DNA of 64,000 nucleotides from NCBI RefSeq assembly GCF_057098645.1, contig NZ_CM169472.1; one strand, 5' to 3'. Shown piece by piece: positions 55,072 to 64,000 of this stretch (position 1 is its first letter; each line of letters starts with the position of its first letter). The notes under the pieces were generated by a model. It saw only the letters and a program-made list of their open reading frames with translations, ran no database searches and was not told where the DNA came from. The position numbers and the translations under genes were made by a program.

Positions 55072-56454
55072 ATGTCTCCTTGTAAACTTCTGCCATTTTG
55101 TGTGGCCCTTGCGCTAACCGGTTGTTCACTGGCACCGGATTATCAGCGCCCGGCAATGCCCGTACCGCAGCAGTTCTCACTCAGCCAGAACGGCCTCGTT
55201 AACGCAGCAGATAACTATCAGAACGCGGGCTGGCGCACCTTTTTTGTTGATAATCAGGTGAAGACGCTGATTAGCGAGGCGCTGGTGAATAACCGGGATT
55301 TGCGCATGGCGACGCTGAAAGTGCAGGAGGCACGGGCGCAATATCGTCTGACCGATGCCGACCGCTACCCACAGCTCAATGGCGAGGGCAGCGGCAGCTG
55401 GAGCGGCAATCTTAAAGGCGATTCAGCCACGACGCGGGAGTTTTCTACTGGCCTTAACGCCAGCTTTGACCTCGATTTTTTCGGGCGCTTAAAGAACATG
55501 AGCGAAGCCGAGCGACAAAATTATTTAGCCACTGAGGAAGCTCAGCGCGCGGTGCATATTCTGCTGGTTTCTAATGTCGCGCAAAGCTATTTCAATCAGC
55601 AACTGGCGTATGCGCAATTGCAAATAGCCGAAGAAACGCTGCGTAATTATCAGCAGTCATATGCGTTTGTCGAAAAACAACTGTTGACCGGTAGCAGCAA
55701 TGTTCTGGCGCTGGAACAGGCTCGCGGGGTGATAGAAAGTACCCGCAGTGACATCGCTAAACGTCAGGGGGAACTGGCGCAGGCGAATAATGCATTGCAA
55801 CTGTTATTGGGAAGCTACGGCAAGCTGCCGCAAGCGCAGACAGTAAACAGCGACAGTCTGCAAAGCGTTAAATTACCGGCGGGCTTGTCGTCGCAAATCT
55901 TATTGCAGCGCCCGGATATTATGGAAGCTGAACACGCGTTAATGGCGGCTAATGCCAATATTGGTGCTGCACGCGCGGCATTTTTCCCGTCTATCAGCCT
56001 GACCAGCGGAATATCAACCGCCAGCAGCGATCTGTCGTCATTATTTAACGCCAGCAGCGGGATGTGGAATTTTATACCCAAAATTGAGATCCCCATTTTT
56101 AATGCCGGACGTAACCAGGCCAATCTGGATATCGCCGAAATTCGCCAGCAGCAGTCGGTGGTGAATTATGAACAGAAAATCCAGAACGCCTTTAAAGAAG
56201 TGGCAGATGCGCTGGCATTACGTCAAAGCCTGAACGATCAAATTAGCGCCCAGCAGCGTTATCTGGCATCGCTGCAAATTACTTTGCAACGGGCGCGGGC
56301 ATTATATCAGCACGGCGCAGTAAGTTATCTGGAAGTGCTGGATGCCGAGCGTTCTTTATTTGCAACCCGACAAACCTTACTTGACCTGAATTATGCCCGT
56401 CAGGTCAACGAAATTTCTTTATATACCGCACTTGGTGGCGGTTGGCAGCAATAA
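55072..56454 (+). CDS. cusC: Outer membrane efflux lipoprotein
   Basis: 460 aa; lipobox LTGCS. Confidence 0.9.
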   Translation: MSPCKLLPFCVALALTGCSLAPDYQRPAMPVPQQFSLSQNGLVNAADNYQNAGWRTFFVDNQVKTLISEALVNNRDLRMATLKVQEARAQYRLTDADRYPQLNGEGSGSWSGNLKGDSATTREFSTGLNASFDLDFFGRLKNMSEAERQNYLATEEAQRAVHILLVSNVAQSYFNQQLAYAQLQIAEETLRNYQQSYAFVEKQLLTGSSNVLALEQARGVIESTRSDIAKRQGELAQANNALQLLLGSYGKLPQAQTVNSDSLQSVKLPAGLSSQILLQRPDIMEAEHALMAANANIGAARAAFFPSISLTSGISTASSDLSSLFNASSGMWNFIPKIEIPIFNAGRNQANLDIAEIRQQQSVVNYEQKIQNAFKEVADALALRQSLNDQISAQQRYLASLQITLQRARALYQHGAVSYLEVLDAERSLFATRQTLLDLNYARQVNEISLYTALGGGWQQ

Positions 56455-56477
56455 TTTTTAACTCCAGGAGAGAATAA

Positions 56478-56810
56478 ATGAAAAAAGCACTGCAAGTCGC
56501 AATGTTCAGTCTGTTTACCGTTATTGGCTTTAATGCCCAGGCTAACGAACATCATCATGAAACCATGAGCGAAGCACAACCACAGGTCATTAGTGCTACC
56601 GGCGTGGTAAAAGGTGTTGATCTGGAAAGCAAAAAAATCACCATCCATCACGATCCGATTGCTGCCGTGAACTGGCCGGAGATGACCATGCGCTTTACCA
56701 TCACTCCGCAGACGAAAATGAGTGAAATTAAAACTGGCGACAAAGTGGCGTTTAATTTTGTCCAGCAGGGCAACCTTTCTTTATTACAGGATATTAAAGT
56801 CAGCCAGTAA
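56478..56810 (+). CDS. cusF: Periplasmic copper/silver-binding chaperone
   Basis: 110 aa; signal peptide. Confidence 0.9.
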   Translation: MKKALQVAMFSLFTVIGFNAQANEHHHETMSEAQPQVISATGVVKGVDLESKKITIHHDPIAAVNWPEMTMRFTITPQTKMSEIKTGDKVAFNFVQQGNLSLLQDIKVSQ

Positions 56811-56825
56811 CCCAGGTTTAATGAG

Positions 56826-58049
56826 ATGAAAAAAATCGCGCTTATTATCGGCAGCATGATCGCGGGCGGTATTATTTCTGCGGCAGGTTTTACCTGGTTT
56901 GCAAAGGCTGAACCACCCGCAGAAAAAACGTCGACCGCAGAACGTAAAATCTTATTCTGGTACGACCCGATGTATCCCAATACGCGGTTCGATAAACCAG
57001 GTAAATCGCCGTTTATGGATATGGATCTGGTGCCGAAATATGCCGATGAAGAGAGTTCTGCGTCTGGTGTGCGCATTGACCCGACTCAGACGCAGAATCT
57101 GGGGGTGAAAACGGCTACCGTCACGCGCGGGCCGCTGACTTTTGCCCAGAGTTTCCCGGCGAATGTCAGTTACAACGAGTATCAGTATGCCATTGTGCAG
57201 GCTCGCGCTGCCGGGTTTATCGACAAGGTGTATCCGCTTACCGTGGGCGATAAAGTGCAAAAGGGCACACCGCTTCTCGACCTGACCATTCCCGACTGGG
57301 TGGAAGCGCAGAGTGAGTATTTACTGCTGCGCGAAACCGGCGGTACGGCGACCCAGACTGAAGGCATTCTTGAGCGGCTGCGACTGGCGGGAATGCCGGA
57401 GGCGGATATTCGCCGCCTGATCGCCACGCAAAAAATCCAGACTCGCTTTACGCTCAAAGCACCCATTGATGGCGTGATCACCGCGTTTGATCTGCGCGCG
57501 GGAATGAATATCGCCAAAGATAACGTGGTAGCGAAAATTCAGGGTATGGACCCGGTGTGGGTCACTGCTGCGATCCCGGAGTCCATCGCCTGGCTGGTGA
57601 AAGATGCCTCGCAGTTTACGCTCACCGTTCCGGCGCGACCTGATAAAACACTCACCATCCGCAAATGGACGCTACTACCTGGCGTGGATGCCGCGACCCG
57701 CACGCTGCAGCTGCGTCTGGAAGTCGACAACGCCGACGAGGCGCTAAAACCGGGAATGAACGCCTGGTTGCAACTCAATACCGCCAGCGAACCGATGCTG
57801 CTCATTCCGTCACAAGCGCTGATTGATACCGGCAGCGAACAGCGGGTGATTACCGTTGATGCCGACGGGCGCTTTGTACCGAAACGCGTTGCCGTTTTCC
57901 AGGCATCGCAAGGTGTCACCGCATTACGCTCTGGTCTGGCGGAAGGTGAAAAGGTGGTTTCCAGCGGCCTGTTCCTGATTGATTCCGAAGCCAATATTTC
58001 TGGCGCACTGGAGCGGATGCGCTCTGAAAGTGCTACCCATGCGCATTGA
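56826..58049 (+). CDS. cusB: Membrane fusion protein of the Cus efflux system
   Basis: 407 aa; N-terminal anchor. Confidence 0.9.
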   Translation: MKKIALIIGSMIAGGIISAAGFTWFAKAEPPAEKTSTAERKILFWYDPMYPNTRFDKPGKSPFMDMDLVPKYADEESSASGVRIDPTQTQNLGVKTATVTRGPLTFAQSFPANVSYNEYQYAIVQARAAGFIDKVYPLTVGDKVQKGTPLLDLTIPDWVEAQSEYLLLRETGGTATQTEGILERLRLAGMPEADIRRLIATQKIQTRFTLKAPIDGVITAFDLRAGMNIAKDNVVAKIQGMDPVWVTAAIPESIAWLVKDASQFTLTVPARPDKTLTIRKWTLLPGVDAATRTLQLRLEVDNADEALKPGMNAWLQLNTASEPMLLIPSQALIDTGSEQRVITVDADGRFVPKRVAVFQASQGVTALRSGLAEGEKVVSSGLFLIDSEANISGALERMRSESATHAH

Positions 58050-58060
58050 GGGAATAACCA

Positions 58061-61000
58061 ATGATTGAATGGATTATTCGTCGCTCGGTGGCGAACCGTT
58101 TTCTGGTGCTGATGGGCGCGTTATTTCTGAGTATCTGGGGCACCTGGACCATCATTAACACGCCAGTGGATGCGTTGCCGGATCTCTCCGATGTGCAGGT
58201 GATTATTAAAACCAGCTATCCCGGTCAGGCACCGCAAATCGTTGAAAATCAGGTGACTTATCCGCTAACTACCACCATGTTGTCGGTGCCTGGCGCGAAG
58301 ACTGTGCGTGGTTTCTCGCAGTTTGGCGACTCTTATGTGTATGTCATTTTCGAAGATGGTACCGATCCGTACTGGGCGCGCTCGCGGGTGCTGGAGTACC
58401 TCAACCAGGTACAGGGTAAGCTGCCTGCGGGAGTCAGTGCCGAGCTGGGGCCAGATGCCACGGGTGTTGGCTGGATCTATGAATATGCACTGGTGGATCG
58501 CAGCGGTAAGCACGATCTGGCCGATTTACGCTCATTGCAGGACTGGTTTCTCAAATATGAGCTAAAAACCATCCCTGACGTTGCGGAAGTGGCGTCGGTG
58601 GGCGGTGTGGTGAAAGAGTATCAGGTGGTTATCGATCCTCAGCGCCTGGCGCAGTATGGCATCAGTCTCGGCGAAGTGAAAAATGCGCTGGATGCTTCAA
58701 ACCAGGAAGCGGGCGGTTCGTCGATCGAACTGGCGGAAGTGGAATATATGGTGCGCGCCAGCGGCTATCTGCAAACGCTCGACGACTTTAATCACATCGT
58801 TTTAAAAGCCAGTGAAAATGGCGTGCCCGTTTATCTGCGTGATGTTGCGAAGGTCCAGGTTGGCCCGGAGATGCGCCGGGGCATTGCCGAACTGAACGGT
58901 GAAGGCGAAGTTGCGGGCGGGGTGGTGATCCTGCGCTCCGGCAAAAACGCCCGAGAAGTGATCGCCGCCGTGAAGGACAAACTGGAAACGCTGAAAAGTA
59001 GTCTGCCGGAAGGCGTGGAGATAGTTACAACATACGATCGCAGCCAGCTCATTGACCGGGCCATCGACAACCTCAGCGGCAAGTTGCTGGAAGAGTTTAT
59101 TGTGGTGGCGGTAGTCTGTGCGCTGTTTCTCTGGCATGTGCGCTCGGCGCTGGTGGCGATTATTTCGTTGCCGCTGGGGTTGTGTATTGCTTTTATTGTC
59201 ATGCACTTCCAGGGGCTGAATGCCAATATTATGTCGCTGGGTGGCATTGCGATTGCCGTCGGGGCGATGGTCGATGCCGCTATCGTCATGATCGAGAATG
59301 CACATAAACGGCTGGAAGAGTGGCAGCACCAGCATCCTGACGCCACGCTGGATAATAAAACGCGCTGGCAGGTGATTACCGATGCATCTGTTGAAGTGGG
59401 GCCGGCGCTGTTTATCAGTCTGCTGATTATCACGCTGTCGTTTATCCCGATCTTCACCCTGGAAGGGCAGGAAGGGCGTCTGTTTGGCCCGCTGGCGTTC
59501 ACCAAAACGTATGCGATGGCGGGTGCGGCGCTGCTGGCGATCGTAGTGATCCCTATCCTGATGGGTTACTGGATCCGTGGCAAAATTCCGCCAGAAAGCA
59601 GTAACCCGCTCAATCGCTTTTTGATTCGTGTTTATCATCCGCTGTTGCTGAAGGTACTGCACTGGCCGAAAACCACGCTGCTGGTGGCGGCGCTTTCGGT
59701 GCTGACGGTTATCTGGCCGCTCAATAAAGTTGGCGGGGAATTTTTACCGCAGATCAATGAAGGCGACTTGTTGTATATGCCATCGACGCTGCCGGGGATT
59801 TCCGCAGCAGAGGCGGCGAGTATGCTGCAAAAAACCGACAAGCTAATTATGAGCGTACCTGAAGTGGCGCGGGTATTTGGCAAAACCGGGAAAGCGGAAA
59901 CCGCCACCGATTCTGCTCCGCTGGAGATGGTTGAAACGACCATTCAGCTTAAGCCACAGGATCAGTGGCGGCCAGGCATGACGATGGACAAAATCATTGA
60001 GGAACTGGATAACACCGTGCGTCTGCCGGGGCTGGCGAATCTGTGGGTGCCGCCAATTCGTAACCGTATCGATATGCTCTCAACCGGCATTAAAAGCCCC
60101 ATCGGCATTAAAGTTTCCGGCACTGTGCTGGCGGATATCGACGCGATGGCGGAGCAAATTGAAGAAGTGGCGCGAACGGTGCCAGGCGTGGCTTCTGCGC
60201 TTGCCGAGCGTCTGGAAGGTGGGCGCTATATCAACGTTGAGATTAACCGTGAAAAAGCCGCGCGTTACGGTATGACGGTGGCGGATGTGCAATTGTTTGT
60301 GACATCTGCGGTGGGCGGGGCGATGGTTGGCGAAATGGTGGAAGGAATTGCCCGTTATCCCATTAATCTGCGTTATCCGCAAAGCTGGCGCGATAGCCCG
60401 CAGGCGCTGCGCCAGTTGCCGATCCTGACGCCGATGAAGCAGCAAATCACCCTGGCGGACGTGGCCGACGTTAACGTCTCTACCGGACCGTCGATGCTGA
60501 AAACCGAGAATGCGCGCCCGACGAGCTGGATTTATATCGATGCCCGCGATCGTGACATGGTGTCGGTGGTTCACGATCTGCAAAAAGCGATAGCTGAAAA
60601 AGTGCAGTTAAAACCGGGCACCAGCGTGGCGTTCTCCGGGCAGTTCGAGCTACTGGAGCGCGCCAACCATAAGCTGAAACTCATGGTGCCGATGACGTTG
60701 ATGATCATCTTCGTGCTGTTGTATCTGGCATTCCGTCGGGTGGGCGAAGCGTTGCTGATTATCAGCAGCGTACCGTTTGCGCTGGTGGGCGGCATCTGGT
60801 TGCTGTGGTGGATGGGCTTTCATCTTTCTGTGGCGACGGGCACTGGCTTTATCGCCCTCGCCGGGGTCGCCGCCGAATTTGGCGTGGTGATGCTGATGTA
60901 TTTACGTCACGCCATAGAGGCCGAGCCGTCGTTGAATAATCCGCAAACATTCAGCGAGCAGAAGCTGGATGAGGCGTTGTATCACGGCGCGGTACTGCGC

Positions 61001-61204
61001 GTGCGCCCGAAAGCGATGACGGTGGCGGTGATTATCGCTGGTCTGCTGCCGATTCTGTGGGGAACAGGAGCAGGGTCAGAGGTGATGAGCCGGATTGCCG
61101 CGCCGATGATTGGCGGCATGATCACCGCGCCTTTGCTGTCGCTGTTTATTATCCCGGCGGCGTATAAGCTGATGTGGCTGCACCGACATCGGGTACGGAA
61201 ATAA
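58061..61204 (+). CDS. cusA: RND heavy-metal efflux pump
   Basis: 1047-aa 12-TM RND ORF. Confidence 0.95.
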   Translation: MIEWIIRRSVANRFLVLMGALFLSIWGTWTIINTPVDALPDLSDVQVIIKTSYPGQAPQIVENQVTYPLTTTMLSVPGAKTVRGFSQFGDSYVYVIFEDGTDPYWARSRVLEYLNQVQGKLPAGVSAELGPDATGVGWIYEYALVDRSGKHDLADLRSLQDWFLKYELKTIPDVAEVASVGGVVKEYQVVIDPQRLAQYGISLGEVKNALDASNQEAGGSSIELAEVEYMVRASGYLQTLDDFNHIVLKASENGVPVYLRDVAKVQVGPEMRRGIAELNGEGEVAGGVVILRSGKNAREVIAAVKDKLETLKSSLPEGVEIVTTYDRSQLIDRAIDNLSGKLLEEFIVVAVVCALFLWHVRSALVAIISLPLGLCIAFIVMHFQGLNANIMSLGGIAIAVGAMVDAAIVMIENAHKRLEEWQHQHPDATLDNKTRWQVITDASVEVGPALFISLLIITLSFIPIFTLEGQEGRLFGPLAFTKTYAMAGAALLAIVVIPILMGYWIRGKIPPESSNPLNRFLIRVYHPLLLKVLHWPKTTLLVAALSVLTVIWPLNKVGGEFLPQINEGDLLYMPSTLPGISAAEAASMLQKTDKLIMSVPEVARVFGKTGKAETATDSAPLEMVETTIQLKPQDQWRPGMTMDKIIEELDNTVRLPGLANLWVPPIRNRIDMLSTGIKSPIGIKVSGTVLADIDAMAEQIEEVARTVPGVASALAERLEGGRYINVEINREKAARYGMTVADVQLFVTSAVGGAMVGEMVEGIARYPINLRYPQSWRDSPQALRQLPILTPMKQQITLADVADVNVSTGPSMLKTENARPTSWIYIDARDRDMVSVVHDLQKAIAEKVQLKPGTSVAFSGQFELLERANHKLKLMVPMTLMIIFVLLYLAFRRVGEALLIISSVPFALVGGIWLLWWMGFHLSVATGTGFIALAGVAAEFGVVMLMYLRHAIEAEPSLNNPQTFSEQKLDEALYHGAVLRVRPKAMTVAVIIAGLLPILWGTGAGSEVMSRIAAPMIGGMITAPLLSLFIIPAAYKLMWLHRHRVRK

Positions 61205-61305
61205 AAGCAGGATACCCCGTTTAACCGTGTGGATTGTGTCTTGCGACGATGGGCACTAAATGTTAAAAGGTGCCCCTCAACAAAAAAGACACACAGGGGA
61301 AAGGC

Positions 61306-62682
61306 GTGAAAAACGCGTCAACCGTATCGGAAGATACTGCGTCGAATCAAGAGCCGACGCTTCATCGCGGATTACATAACCGTCATATTCAACTGATTGC
61401 GCTGGGTGGCGCAATTGGTACTGGTCTGTTTCTTGGCATTGGCCCGGCGATTCAGATGGCGGGTCCGGCTGTATTGCTGGGCTACGGCGTCGCCGGGATC
61501 ATCGCTTTCCTGATTATGCGCCAGCTCGGCGAGATGGTGGTCGAAGAGCCGGTATCCGGTTCATTTGCCCACTTTGCCTATAAATACTGGGGACCGTTCG
61601 CCGGGTTCCTCTCCGGCTGGAACTACTGGGTGATGTTCGTGCTGGTGGGAATGGCAGAGCTGACCGCTGCGGGCATCTATATGCAGTACTGGTTCCCGGA
61701 TGTTCCAACGTGGATTTGGGCTGCCGCCTTCTTTATTATCATCAACGCCGTTAACCTGGTGAACGTGCGCTTATATGGCGAAACCGAGTTCTGGTTTGCG
61801 CTGATTAAAGTGCTGGCAATCATCGGTATGATCGGCTTTGGCCTGTGGCTGCTGTTTTCTGGTCACGGCGGCGAGAAAGCCAGTATCGACAACCTCTGGC
61901 GCTACGGTGGTTTCTTCGCCACCGGCTGGAATGGGCTGATTTTGTCGCTGGCGGTAATTATGTTCTCCTTCGGCGGTCTGGAGCTGATTGGGATTACTGC
62001 CGCTGAAGCGCGCGATCCGGAAAAAAGCATTCCAAAAGCGGTAAATCAGGTGGTGTATCGCATCCTGCTGTTTTACATCGGTTCACTGGTGGTTTTACTG
62101 GCGCTCTATCCGTGGGTGGAAGTGAAATCCAACAGTAGCCCGTTTGTGATGATTTTCCATAATCTCGACAGTAACGTGGTAGCTTCTGCGCTGAACTTTG
62201 TCATTCTGGTAGCATCGCTGTCGGTGTATAACAGCGGGGTTTACTCCAACAGTCGTATGCTGTTTGGCCTTTCTGTACAGGGTAATGCGCCGAAGTTTTT
62301 GACTCGCGTCAGCCGTCGCGGCGTGCCGATTAACTCGCTGATGCTTTCCGGAGCGATCACTTCGCTGGTGGTGTTAATCAACTATCTGCTGCCGCAAAAA
62401 GCGTTTGGTCTGCTGATGGCGCTGGTGGTAGCAACGCTGCTGTTGAACTGGATTATGATCTGCTTGGCGCATCTGCGTTTTCGCGCGGCGATGCGACGTC
62501 AGGGACGTGAAACACAGTTTAAGGCGCTGCTTTATCCGTTCGGCAACTATCTTTGCATTGCCTTCCTCGCCATGATTTTGCTGCTGATGTGCACGATGGA
62601 TGATATGCGCTTGTCAGCGATCCTGCTGCCGGTGTGGATTGTATTCCTGTTTGTAGCATTTAAAACGCTGCGTCGGAAATAA
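61306..62682 (+). CDS. pheP: Phenylalanine-specific permease (APC family)
   Basis: Start taken at GTG (VKNASTVSEDT...) to give 458 aa; multi-TM APC transporter. Confidence 0.85.
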   Translation: MKNASTVSEDTASNQEPTLHRGLHNRHIQLIALGGAIGTGLFLGIGPAIQMAGPAVLLGYGVAGIIAFLIMRQLGEMVVEEPVSGSFAHFAYKYWGPFAGFLSGWNYWVMFVLVGMAELTAAGIYMQYWFPDVPTWIWAAAFFIIINAVNLVNVRLYGETEFWFALIKVLAIIGMIGFGLWLLFSGHGGEKASIDNLWRYGGFFATGWNGLILSLAVIMFSFGGLELIGITAAEARDPEKSIPKAVNQVVYRILLFYIGSLVVLLALYPWVEVKSNSSPFVMIFHNLDSNVVASALNFVILVASLSVYNSGVYSNSRMLFGLSVQGNAPKFLTRVSRRGVPINSLMLSGAITSLVVLINYLLPQKAFGLLMALVVATLLLNWIMICLAHLRFRAAMRRQGRETQFKALLYPFGNYLCIAFLAMILLLMCTMDDMRLSAILLPVWIVFLFVAFKTLRRK

Positions 62683-62713
62683 GGCATTCACGCTACGTCC
62701 GACAAAACGATGT

Positions 62714-62747
62714 CCGCTCTCATCCATTCGATGAGAGCGGTTTTTTT
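62714..62747. terminator. Bidirectional Rho-independent terminator between pheP and ybdG
   Basis: ccgctctcatc-cattc-gatgagagcgg followed by ttttttt. Confidence 0.7.
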
Positions 62748-62749
62748 AA

Positions 62750-64000
<1,251 letters not shown>

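Noticed and set aside
58802-60583. 286-aa, 224-aa and 167-aa minus-strand ORFs inside cusA
   Set aside because: Antisense to the RND pump gene; Arg/Gln-rich junk.
61270-61305. Upstream ATG start for pheP giving a 470-aa product
   Set aside because: The 12-codon extension (MPLNKKDTQGKG) lacks an SD; the GTG at 61306 reproduces the expected 458-aa PheP.

Overview
This window looks like an Escherichia coli chromosomal segment syntenic with the K-12 ybbJ–ybdG interval, based on gene order, ORF lengths and protein motifs read by eye; no database search was run. Core content is dense and conventional: qmcA-ybbJ, fetAB, ybbN, ybbO, tesA, ybbAP, mnmH, the complete allantoin/glyoxylate regulon (allS, allA, allR, gcl-hyi-glxR-ybbW-allB-ybbY-glxK, allE-allC-allD, fdrA-ylbE-ylbF-ybcF), purEK, lpxH, ppiB, cysS, ybcI, ybcJ-folD, the sfm fimbrial operon, fimZ, tRNA-Arg(UCU) argU, envY, ybcH, nfrBA, cusRS/cusCFBA, pheP and ybdG. 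Relative to my recollection of K-12, three places differ. (1) The rhsD element between ybbP and mnmH is absent; the ~0.7 kb left there holds what looks like a tisB/dinQ-type type I toxin (27 aa) with a divergent antisense sRNA, which is the best candidate for an undescribed system here. (2) argU is followed directly by envY, with no DLP12 prophage, appY or ompT. (3) The first 1.8 kb is AT-rich, non-K-12-like DNA carrying the 5' part of a secreted repeat/coiled-coil protein gene and a divergent small HTH-like ORF. In addition, sfmH and envY each carry a single in-frame TAG, and ylbE appears intact. Coordinates of short regulatory sites are approximate to within a few bases.
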